Below, in pieces: positions 12,501 to 23,627 of a DNA stretch of 64,000 bases. Made by a program: the position numbers and the translations under genes. The notes below the pieces were generated by a model, which made no database searches, had not been told where the DNA came from, and saw nothing but the letters and a program-made list of their open reading frames with translations. The stretch is from Nageia nagi (lineage: Eukaryota > Plantae > Pinophyta), in the NCBI GenBank assembly GCA_050084985.1, contig JBITNC010000001.1, positions 5,270,001 to 5,334,000 of the forward strand, given 5' to 3'. The number at the start of each line of letters is the position of its first letter. Position 1 is the first letter of the stretch.

Positions 12501-15500
12501 AATATGTATTATCTTTTTATTGTTGTATAGTGGAATGTGCAAAGTATATATTAACCTGCTTTCTAATGCTGGAAAGAATGTAATGCCTGATAGGGCATTC
12601 CGGGAGGATGTCTATGGAGGTATTCTTGTTGTATTCTGCTTGATAGAAGAAAAGAAAGATTGCTTGTATGCAATGTTGTAATCACGGTGGAGTGATTCTG
12701 TTTGTGGGTGAGAAGAAACCCATGTATGAGGAGCTTGCTGGTGCATCAGAAAGAAGGTGCTGCAGCCAAATTTTACATGATTTTACATTGTAATTGTTGA
12801 TAATGTAAGAATTACTGGTGCTAGTGCTTCTCCTGGGATGTAGCCCAAATTGTATTGGGTGAACCTTGTCACATTGGTGTTCTTCTTGACTGTGTGTTTT
12901 GATTTATTTCTGATGTTGAATTTGCTCACATATTAAGAAGGCTAAATCCCAACAAGTGGTATCAGAACTTAATGTTGAGCATTTAGCAAGTTTGATGGAT
13001 TGCAGTTCAAGTGGGAGCTGGGATCTATGGCAAAAATGGGTTGTTGGAGTATACAACTGATTTTGAGCTTGTATTCAGATCTTAGGAAGACGCATATGTT
13101 ACAAGATGAGACTGATCACCTCTCTTGCCCTATCTCTTCCTCAATTCTGTATACGGAAGCTTGCAAATTGGAAATCTGTTTTTCCAATGTATTGTTTGTG
13201 GCTGTGGAAAAACATGAGATTGATGAAGCAGTGGGAGAAATGAAGATTGTTGGAGATTGTCAGGTTGTTCTTTGATTAGAGGAGAATATGCAAGGTTGAC
13301 ATAAATCTGGAAATCTGATGGTGCAGAACATGGTGAGACAAGCTGGAGGAGGTCAAATCCACAGGTGTGTTGGTGCAGCAGCAAAAGTATGGTGGACTGT
13401 TGTGAATTGATCTTCAAGTGGGAGATTGTTGGGATGGAGCCCGATTCTCCACCAATGATATCTTCAAAACGGACGGATGCATATTGCTGGGCAGAAATAA
13501 AATATACAAGATTAAAGTTTCAATTCATAAGGCATCCATGGAAAATAATTTAAATGACAAACGGCATGGCCAAACAAAATGAAGACAACACGTTGGGGAC
13601 TGATCGATTGTTTGTGAAAGAAATCAATGGCAGTCCACACGTGAAACGATGCACTGGCTGGAGGTTAAGCGGCAGATTGGAAAGAGCACCGTGTTTTGCT
13701 AAAGAATAAAATGATAGTTGAAATTTGTTATAAGAATTACTAAATATGTATTATCCTTTTATTGTTGTGTTGTATAGTGGGATGTGCAAAGTATATATTA
13801 ACCTGCTGTCTAATACCGGAAAGAATGTAATGCTTGATAAGGTATTCCGGGAGTATGTTCATGGAGTAATGTTGTAATCACGATAGAGTGATTATATTTG
13901 TGGGTGAGAAGAAACCCATGTATGAGAAGCTTGCTGGTGCATCAGAGAGAAGGTGCTGCAGCCAAATGTTGCCCGATTCTTCCTCTCGTACATTGTACTT
14001 GTTGTTAATGCAAGAATTACTGGTGCTGGTGCTTTTCCATGGATATAGCCCAAATTATATTGGGTTAACCTTGTCATATTGGTGTTCTTCTTGTCTGTGT
14101 ATTTTGATTTATTTCTGATTTTGAATTTGCTCACATATTAAGAAGGCTAAGTCCCAACAATACTTAGTATCTCTTATGAAATTTGGCGAATTTCATGTCC
14201 CAAGTTCGAATTTTGTCAATCTTAAACAACCACTGATTTTAATCAACGAGAATTTTTTTGCTGTAAAAAATCCAATTTGTGTAAGTCTGCCATCATCTTC
14301 TTGTTCAACTTTATAAATCTCATTTTTTTTTTCATGAAAACAGAGTCATTTTTTTCATGTGCCCCCCTCCTTGTGGGGGCCACCCTGCACCTAGCGTCGT
14401 TGAACTGGGAGAGTGGCGAGGGAGACATCTCCTTGTCATCCCTGGCTGGGATTGCCGAGCCTGCACAGTTTCAGTACTGACAGACCTGCAGGCTGTTGAG
14501 GGATGAAAAAAACAAAAAATAGAATTAAATATTTTTATAAAAATTAAAAAGAAATGTTTTAAAATATTTGAATATTTTTTTAAGAATATTAAAATGTTCT
14601 AAATGTTTAAGTGTTTTAAATGTTTTTAAATATTTAAAATAGATGTTTATTTCAAATATTCTAAATTTTTTTAAGTGTTCTAAACTTCTAAATGTTTTAA
14701 ATGCTTTAATTGTTTAAAATATTTTAACATGTAGTTACTTTATCAAATTTCATGTCGATTTTTTTTTCAAACTTCAAAGTCTGTCGAATTTTCTTTCGAA
14801 CTTCAAATTTGTTGAATGCGAACATGGACCTATTAACATAGCTTACTACTGGATGACTGGATAAGACACTTCATTTTAATATCATATTATACCATTGGGC
14901 CGAGATAATTTATTATTCGAATGAGATTATTAGTGAGACAATGATGTTGTAGTCAAGGATGTGAGAGAATTTATACTCTAACCAAGAACTTTGAGAGAGT
15001 GGGTTGCCTAGTTTTCAACATTGCATCTTGTTTTTGACTCTGAACATTAAGAGAGCAATAAGCAACGATTTTCTCCTTAAGTTCCATGTTTAAACAAAAG
15101 TGAGCTTTTTGTTGTGTTCAATTTACCAAGCTTATGAAATTCTAAAGCTTTGGGGTATTGATTCTTAGATGAAGCATATCTTTACATTTGGTCTATTAAT
15201 ACCTCAAGGATCCAAACAAGCTTCTATTTTTCAAGTAATCAGATAGTATTTCCGTAGTAGTCTAGATGTTGTATTATTTTTTTACACACTCTGAACAATT
15301 ATAGCTACATGAGTTTTCTGGTTGGCCTAATGAACAAATTTGTAAAATACTTGGGCCTTCAGATGAACTTCACACTTGCAAGAAAATTTTGGATAGCATG
15401 ACATTTGTCAAGAATTATTACGTCACAAAATATTGTATGCACAGCAGTTGTCAAAAAGAAAAGAGTTCAAATTACCTACCAATCTGCTCGTGCTTCATTC

Positions 15501-18500
15501 TTTGCTGTTAAAGTAGTTTGGTCTGCCACTTGCTTGTCTATACAATATGAACAACAATTCCCGTTGCATAAAAATTATTGATAAAGGGTGGGAAGTTTTC
15601 TTATAAAAAAATGATAGATCTGTATTAAAAATTAATTAAAAAAAAAAAACAGAGAACTTGAATTATATGTAGGCAACATATATGACTATTGGGCTAATAA
15701 CCATTTATGTCTGAGCTTGGTGATTGTAGTAAGTGAAATCAAGTTGTGAGACTTGTATACAATATCAACTTGGCATGGTGCTAGAAAAGCTCAGAAATAA
15801 CTTTGCAATCAAAAGAAAAATATCGAAATATCAAGTGTTTTTCCCTGTTCATTTGTTTTACGTATATCGATTCAGCTTGTGAATAACCTGGTCAAACTCT
15901 GAATTTTTTTTATTTGGCTCTGAAACTATTTGCAATGCAAGTATTATCTGATGAGTTTGACTGGATTTGACAGAGTTATTCATGAGTCAAGGGTTATCTT
16001 TTGTGGGTGAATAGTATGAAAAATGTGGGAGTGCTCAGCGAATCTTGTTACACCCAAGTGAATTTTTCCATACAAATATGTTAAATAGTGTTTAGCTTAT
16101 GAAGCTGTGCACAGTCTATTCACCCTTAACTGTTTTCACTGTTGAGAATATGCTTATTCAAGTATGCAATGGCCATATATGTCGTCTATAGCTACTTCAA
16201 TCTCATATTGTTTGTCAGATTTTTAATGAATGTACCATGTTCTCGTCATAGATGTGCATATGCAATATTACTTGTACAATTTTAAGCATGCAGAGACTTT
16301 TTAGGTAGTTTTATGTCTTTGTTTTTAACTGTTGTATAAAATAGAAGAATATATTCTATAAGGTTCTCCTATAGTTTTTTTTTTGATATGTTGGAAAGAA
16401 TGTCCGGGTGCTTTTGAAAAGGTCATGGGCCTACAAATTTGAAAATGTTTTAACCACCCAAACCAAATTCATCCTCACACAGGAGGTTTCTACCAAAAAT
16501 TTGAAACATGGGCCTAAGATTCAAAAACATTTTTGCTGGCCAAAACCAAGGTTCTGCTCCCCAAAGGTGGAGCTATCCAAATCTTCCTCTGATTTTGAAA
16601 AAAAGAATGAAAGGCCTCAAAGGACCCTCCCCCACAGTATGGCTAGGAAGAGAGAACCCTCCTAATGCCCAGTACTATGTTTGAAAGAAGGGCAAACATA
16701 TTCAATAAACATGCTCTTCTTGGAACTCCTGACCTCAAGACCACTCTCAAATTCATCAAAGTCCAAGATATCTTCGTGCAGGCCTAAGATCATATGCTTC
16801 ATATTTAAACCCCCATCTGGTTCACAACCAAACAATCCATCATTTGAATTGAGGGTTTGAAGCCCTTTTCTGGCCCTCAAAGGCACCATCATATTTGAAA
16901 TAAGGGAGACAGAAACTAGGGTTTCAAAAACCTTCAATTGCAGCCATCTTCCCCATCTAGGGTTCGTCAAAATATTCCCAAAGCTCAAACAACGCCTAGG
17001 GTTCCAGGAAATCCCGAAGCCTTTCATAGTCACACCAAAGGCCACACCATATACATGCAGATTTTGGCCTTCATCTATCAATTCGTCAAAACCCTTTCGC
17101 TGCCACCATCGAGATTCTTTGACCATGTTCCAACAACAGCCATCCTCACTTTACAACTGAGATCTGCCATTTTGCTGCCTCCGATTCTAAAAGATCCACC
17201 ATTGAAGTTCACACCTGTTAGCCACAGCTAAAAAAGGAGGGAAAAAATCCCTCTTCCAAGTCGAGGGCCATGTGTTTCAGACTTCCTTGGCTCCATGGTC
17301 CGCCACCACGAGATCATGTATGTTTCTTCCTTTGCCATGGTATAGAGACTCGCTATACAGATGTTGACCAGCACCAACATCCTTCAGGGTGTCCCTCGCA
17401 AGTTCTTCGAGTAGGCCACGACTTGGGAACAAATGCCCACGGTTCATGGACTGAAGTCCACAACATCTCCCCACATCGACTAGCACACCCCCTATGACCT
17501 CGTCTATGTCACCTTTGTCATCCTCCTCGCCAGTTGCAAGTCCTTCGCCTCCATCCTGCACAGGCACACTTGCAAAAGTCCCCCTCACTGTCGTTTGCTC
17601 TAGGGTTTCACTGCTCCATCACGCTCCTCGCTCCATTTCCTGTAGTTTTAATGATGCAATTTCATTTTTCTTTTTATTCAGTTTATGTGGCAAGTAATAT
17701 TAGAGAATTTCATTAATAACTTGTGTCCTCCATGTATTCTGTCTCCAAAATGTGCAACTTACTGCAGGGTATGTGTATGCATGTTTCAGGGTCCCAAGGA
17801 ATGTCATGTTTGTATGTCTTTCATGTTTATTGTATTCTGCAAGTCTCAAAGGAAGTCTTATCTTTATTTCTTTTTTTCATTCTTGATAGGTTGATAGCAG
17901 CAATCTAGAATACAATTTTGTGCCACGTCCTGTATGCAGCCCATCAATTAGGCCTTCTGTGCAAGTTGCTAGTTTAGTTCTAGTGGTATCATTCGCTGAA
18001 GGATTTAGTTCCTTAGTGGAGAATGAAATGAATACAAATAATCCATAATTCATATGCTGTTTCACTTCTGATTGGCCATTGATTTAATTGGTACATCCTC
18101 CATCGGATCATACACATTTCAGGTTATCAAAAGTCCTGCATTACTTATTCCATCATTTTACTTCTGTAGAGGGTTTACTTTTTGTTTGCTACCACTATCT
18201 CAAATCATTCATACCATTTTTTTAAAGGAGATTTAAAAGCATACACAACCTGAAAGTGTATCTCTCCAAATTCTATAGTAGTATTATAGCATTTGGTTGT
18301 ATGGGTGGCGTGAATGAGTCATTGCTTGACTGGTCAATCATATTTTAAAGTTGGTTTTATCAATGTAGAAATTCACTTCCACGAAAGCGGATTTTGTTAT
18401 GTTCACAGGTTAACCATGGGTTCCAGAGCTACACTCTGATTTTTATTGTCATTTACGATCTCTGCTAGCACTTATCAATCATTTATTTAGAAATTCACAT

Positions 18501-19298
18501 AATCATATAATGTCATTGTAATTTTTTTGATGGCACAATTGTGTGTTTTTTCTATTTTCTAGATGAGAAATTATTATGCTTGATGATATTTTCCTCCAAT
18601 TTGAATCTAAATATTCCCTGACAAGCTGTTGAATATCTGACATGCATACATTTCCAGGGCTCTCTAAGCGTACTACTGATGAGGGTTTGAGAGCAGCATT
18701 TGAAAAATTTGGTCGGGTACTAGAAGGTATGCTTGGTCACAAATGACATTTTGTACTTTTTGTGATACCCTTAATGCATGTGTATAGCTGTATTGAAATA
18801 CAAAGTTGTCTGTGTTTCTGACTATTGTTTGTAGTGCAGCTAGAGTAGTAACAGACAGGATGTCTGGAGCATCAAAAGGATTTGCCTTTGTAAGATATGC
18901 TACACAGGAAGATGCTGACAAGGGCAAAGAGGGGATGGATGGCAAGGTTGATTAGCTATTATAAATTCTGTTTTCTAAGAGATGACTGTTCTTTAGTATG
19001 GAACAGTCAATTCAAAGAACATGGTGTGCATTCTTCGAAAAACTAATTCAAAATTCTTTGTGTGCAGTTTCTAGATGGGTGGGTAATATTTGCAGACTAT
19101 GCAAGACCAAGACCTCCAAGAAATTATAACGATTTGCAAGCCCCAAACCCCGCATATGGTGGAACATCCAGAAATTATGGCAATTATCAAGGGCCAAATC
19201 TCGATTATGGTGGGACACCTAGCAATACTGCCAATAGCGAGGGCCCAACCCAAACTTATGGTGGAGCATCTACATATGGTGGAATGCAAAAGTATTAA
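9439..19298 (+). CDS. ORRM2: Organelle RRM domain protein, ORRM2-like (mitochondrial RNA editing/processing factor); join(9439..9598,18658..18726,18840..18946,19068..19298), 188 aa
   Basis: All introns GT-AG with consistent phases (1,1,0); 567 nt open. Arg/Leu-rich presequence MALRRLAG..., then EPSTKLFISGLSKRTTDEGLRAAFEKFGRVLEARVVTDRMSGASKGFAFVRYATQEDADKGKEGMDGKFLDGWVIFADYARPR with RNP2/RNP1. Closely resembles Arabidopsis ORRM2 as recalled; orthology not tested. Confidence 0.9.
10698..10788 (-). mobile_element. Short SINE-like retroposed insert in intron 1
   Basis: T10 tract at 10698-10707 (A-tail on minus); B-box-like GTTCAACTCC on minus; flanked by CTATCAAGAG (10688-10697) and CTAACAAGAG (10789-10798), a 9/10 TSD. 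Confidence 0.45.
11205..11910. repeat. Diverged intronic tandem duplication (~350-370-bp unit, 2 copies)
   Basis: Shared blocks CAATAGA, CTATCATTGGATGGATG, CTCACATTAGACAAT, GTCTACAATCAA and AAATCAAGAAAA occur in the same order in both halves. Confidence 0.85.
12185..14159 (+). mobile_element. Complete non-autonomous LTR element (TRIM-like): LTRs 12185-12954 and 13427-14159, 472-bp non-coding interior
   Basis: LTRs run TGTTGGGA...TCCCAACA; perfect TSD ATACT (12180-12184 and 14160-14164); Met-type PBS TGGTATCAGAAC at 12957; PPT AAGTGGGAGAT before the 3' LTR. Confidence 0.95.
14193..14833. mobile_element. Possible degenerate non-autonomous DNA transposon with an internal AT-rich ~10-bp minisatellite (14520-14730)
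   Basis: Left end CATGTCCCAAGTTCG and right end CGAACATGGAC are partly complementary; GC-rich block at 14360-14500; AAATGTTTT(A)-type repeats. No clear TSD. Confidence 0.3.
16389..18250 (+). mobile_element. Probable solo LTR (~1.86 kb) in intron 1
   Basis: Starts TGTTG and ends CAACC (one change from CAACA); flanks TGATA/TGAAA (4/5 TSD); abrupt rise in GC; no credible coding domain. Confidence 0.55.
18658..18726 (+). CDS. ORRM2: ORRM2-like exon 2 (69 nt)
   Basis: tttccag|GG CTC TCT AAG CGT ... GAA G|gtatgc; encodes LSKRTTDEGLRAAFEKFGRVLE. Confidence 0.92.
18840..18946 (+). CDS. ORRM2: ORRM2-like exon 3 (RNP1 KGFAFVRY)
   Basis: tgcag|CT AGA GTA ... GGC AAG|gttgat. Confidence 0.92.
19068..19298 (+). 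CDS. ORRM2: ORRM2-like exon 4 (end of RRM plus YGG-repeat tail)
   Basis: gtgcag|TTT CTA GAT GGG TGG; FLDGWVIFADYARPR...MQKY, TAA ends 19298. Confidence 0.92.
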   Translation, partial: FLDGWVIFADYARPRPPRNYNDLQAPNPAYGGTSRNYGNYQGPNLDYGGTPSNTANSEGPTQTYGGASTYGGMQKY

Positions 19299-20952
19299 GT
19301 TTGTATTGGTATGGCGTCTCTTACAGAAGATTACTGCGTAGTGTAGAAGATCTAAGAACTTGCTTACCATCCATTTCAAGATTCAAATGAATAAATATAA
19401 CACACAATAACAACATACTTTAAACTGTGCTGCGTTTATTTCAGTTAAATGAGAATTTTTTTCTTACGACAGGTTATCTTTAATGCAGTAAAGTTCAGTA
19501 AAGATAACTGTTTGCATGCATATTGTTAGAAGCCTCTTGTTACATGATAAGTTTCACGGTAGGAGTAGCTCAAGGTGATCGTGATAAACGACATTTGGCT
19601 GAAAGTTGTTTTCCTTCATTAAACTTCAAGCCCATATTCTGAGAAAACATATGAAGTGGTCTGCTGCAATTTTAATTACGAGCCATTGGAAATTCAGTAT
19701 GGTGTTACTATTCCTGTATTAATATCAGGACTCTTAAATAATTTCTTAGATTTAAGACAATATGATAATCAGCCATCTGAAATTCAGTGTGATTTTCCTA
19801 TTACTCAATATCAGGACTCATTTATTATTTATTAAATTTGATTGTCGTCATCAATTATTTCAAAATTTTGGATGAGGTTGGAGATTCAGTTTGTTGTTTT
19901 TATTATTTCTTAGGTTTAATTTGATATATTGTCTTTGTTTTCTTCAAAATCTTTCAGAAAAGATAGGAATTGATGTGTACCGTTAGGTGCAGTTGCATAA
20001 ACCTGTAAGCTGTATACAATTCTCTTTAGGATTTCTTATCAAATACATGTTTCTTTGGCTTAGGTTCATGGCTAAATGGATACTAAGACAAGAATAATTC
20101 TGAAGCATTGTAATATGGAAAGTGAACTTGTTGGAATTTTGGCCAGATATTATATATGTAGTGAGCTTTTACGACAGGAAATAAAATTTATTGATATGAT
20201 GGTGACATTGGATGCAAGGGATTTTAGTTTTTAGATCACAACTTTTTATGATTAAAATAACAAAATTTGGTGTAGTTAGTTTTCTTATCTGATCGTAAAG
20301 AATAGCAGCAGGATTGTTGACCTAATAAAGTGATTTCCATATTTTTAAGGAAGTGTGCACTTGGGTAAAGGGGCTTTTCTGAAAGTTGTGTACACGAATA
20401 AGGAACTGTTGTGCATTTGATTACGCTATTCATAAAACTAATGGTTTTTTATAGGTGATACTTTAGTCAATATAATGTTTTTTTTTACACTTATTTATTT
20501 ATAATTTAGAAGAATGTTAGATCCAAGCGAGTAGTGTTGCACCATTAAACCATTTGAAGGGTGTTAGGTTTGGATTTTGAATTCAGGTTTTTATTTGGAA
20601 ATTATTCATTTTATCAATTCATCTTATATGAGAATTTAATTTATGTGTTAGATTTGTTCATTAATTTATGTGTTACATATGTTCATGGTAGAACATCAAT
20701 ATAAATTTTTGACTTGACTTGTTAATTAATTTATATTTGTACTATCTTAATTTTTTCATTTGATATGTCAATTAATTAATATTTGTATTATTATAATGGT
20801 TTTCACTTACTATATTTTGTAGTTCATATTCATAAGATTGTTGGATATTAATGCTGATCAATAAAGAAAATATCAAAAATATTCGCATATTTGAATAATA
20901 AGGTTTTAGAAAAAAATAAAAAATATATAAATGTCTTTGTATGATCAAAAGC

Positions 20953-22988
20953 AATCAATGGATTTAGAAGATACAAGAGATATTAAGGTAGCCAACAAGA
21001 TCCTTAAAGGGCCTATCCTAAGTTTGGAAAACAACTAACAAAAAGCATAATGGCTAATCAAATCTTGAACTAACAAAATGTAAATTGGAATAGTCAACTT
21101 TGGATTACCTCGGAGGAGAGCGTGGGACACTCTCCCTTGCAATGGCAAGATCTTTTTGCTTTTGCTTATTGCTTGTTATATCTATGATGTTGCTAGATGG
21201 GGAAAATGATGAGATCAATTGAGTCTTCAATGGTGTTTGCATGTTTTGTGTTTGTCTCCTAGAGCAACATGTAGTATGGTGTGGGTTGTCCCATTGCCTC
21301 ATATGAGTCTCTTTGGGGACGAAGCTCAAAAGAAGAATGTGATCCAATGAACCTATGTTGAGTGTTGCATGTGAGATAGGAGGTGCTTCCTAAAAAAGAA
21401 AGCCTCCCAGATATATAAAGAGCCAAACAAGGTTGATAAGAGTACTGGAAAAAGGTAACTAGTGAATCATGTGCATAATGGAAGAGATAATGGTAGCATC
21501 CTCAAATCTCATAGTATATTGAACATCAAAAGATAGTGATCCTTGATCTCAATCTCCAATGAGCATACACCAAAAACCCTCAAATCTCGCTTTAGATGGT
21601 GATCAAACTTGATCCTCAACTAATGGGAACAAACCTTGAATTAATTGAGAAACATTTATAAGCCAAGCAAGAGGTGTAACCTGAGATAACTAGGAGGTAT
21701 GATCAATCCTCTATTAATCTAGATGAATTGTTGTGAATAGTGTGCCAGTTTGGGCATTAGATGTTGTTGGAAAGTGATCAAAATAGTTTGTATTAAGGCC
21801 TTGTAGATCATCTTTCATACTTCTATCAAATTAGGGGGTCCTAGAGGTTTGTCTCAGGATATAGGTAACTTGTCATGTGTAAAGCCATATCTCCGAAGTA
21901 ACTTGTTAACCTTAACAAACTAGCACCAATGACAACCTTGAGCAACTAGGTCGATCAAAGAAGCTAATGCGTTGGTCAAAAATCTAGTTAGCTTTGCTTT
22001 GAAATCTAACGAATGATGCAAACAATGGAGAAAAAGGATTGTAGAGGTGGCAACACATATTTGAAAGGGTTAGCAATCGAACTCAACAAACATGATAAGT
22101 TGTGGGATCATCCTCGTGCTTCAGGTGGAGTGAGATGAAGTGTTGATTAAGATCCTTTCAACTGTAGTCCAATTTACTGTGCTTAGATGGGTCCCATATC
22201 TCTGCTCCATACAACATTATGGGGGGTAACTAGTGTTTGAAAAAGTTGCAATTTGGATGAGATGCCCCCTAAGTGGAGTTGTAGGTACTGTCTCTCAAAG
22301 ATAGGCATCATCGCATATCCTTTTGACACTTTAGGAGCATTTGTTGCTCATGGAGAATCTAGAGCAAAGAAGAGTATTCCTAGGTAGGTATAAGAAGTAG
22401 TAGTCTTGATAATGCTATCTCTGAATCTAATGTGGACTTCGAAACATTGAACACCACTACCTTAGTTTTACTAAGGTTCACTACAAGCTCCTTTTTAGTA
22501 TTGAAAGCATGTAAGGTATCTACTCGCTCATGGAATCCCTCAATTGTGTGTGAGAGCAATACAATATCATTGGCAAAAAGGAGGATGTGAACCTGGTTGC
22601 CATGAAGGAGGCAACCCCAACTAGGCTTAGTGGTGTCCAAAAAGGTTTCCAACTCATCAATGTAGAGGTTAAAGAGTTTCAGTGAGATTGAACAACCTTG
22701 CTTCACCCTAATTGTACTAAGAATGTTGTTTGAAAAATCTTATATGGTGCATACTCTGCTTGAGAGTGATTCGTAGAGAGTCAAAATGGCAATAAGACCA
22801 ATATCTTGAACTCCCAATCTTCATAGCCTATCCAAAAGCCTATGGTGGGGAATTGTATCAAAGGCCTTCCTAAACAAAACAATAAAAAATTGGGGACTTT
22901 CAAAATTTGGCCTCCTCAATGATTGCTTTGAGAGTGAACATGTGGTTTGTGGTACGATGGTCCTTGCATAAACTCGTTTGCCCTTCAA
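20953..22988 (-). mobile_element. Non-L1 LINE (RTEX-like), 3' part: RT domain and C-terminal Cys/His region
   Basis: KQGCSISLKLFNLYIDELE...HILLFANDIVLLS...VNLSKTKVVVF; degenerate SH.L.I...C..E...H region near 21650-21500; minus-strand end TAAATCCATTGATTG is microsatellite-like rather than poly(A). Clade call is inference. Confidence 0.8.
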
Positions 22989-23627
22989 TGATCCAAAAAT
23001 AGATTAACAAACAATACAAGGATTCAACGTCAATGTTGCTAGTAGTGCCATCATTAGGATTCCTACAAAAATGGGTGTCAGTACTTCAATGGATCGTGGA
23101 GAGAGGTGTTGACATCAAGAAGGATATTCCTAGAGTTGATCTGGCATGTTCTGATTTGTGAACTTGTTCTTGTCCTGTTAACCTGACTTGAGACCCGACC
23201 TAGGAGCTTGACTTGACTATAACATGGAGAAACACATTGTTCAACAATGCTAACATTGGGGCTAAGCGCTAATGCTAAGAATTCTTTGGAGTTGCAACTT
23301 TATTTTTGGAATTTGAACTTAAGTATGATTGTAATAATTGTTTATTGCTTTTTGTTCAAATTTCCATTTAAACACATCAGCACCAATGTTGACCATCTAG
23401 AATAGTCTTACGAGAAGTTGAAGTGGTTTGAGTGTTACAAACTTGTCTTGGGCATTATGGAAATCGTTGGAAAGCCAATTGGCATCGATTTTCCATCTAG
23501 AACAACCCTAAGATGATATAAATATTTGTCTTGTAAGATTGAAGGTGTTAGAAGGGAAGAAATGAAATAACCAAGAAGAGAAATTAATTATATTCATTAT
23601 AGAAGCTAGGAGAGTGGATTTTAATTG

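Noticed and set aside
16408-18065. Cluster of 60-154-aa ORFs on both strands
   Set aside because: No recognisable domains; they lie in a GC-richer probable solo LTR where chance ORFs are expected.
18832-18834. Alternative acceptor TAG 5 nt upstream of exon 3
   Set aside because: It would frameshift the RRM; no evidence of use.
19680-19820. Short diverged direct repeat downstream of the gene (and a similar one at 9638-9750)
   Set aside because: Ordinary local slippage duplications with no further structure.
22984-22988. TSD of element C (TTCAA vs TTTTT at 40098-40102)
   Set aside because: Too degenerate to count as a TSD; only the 5-bp frame arithmetic supports a duplication.
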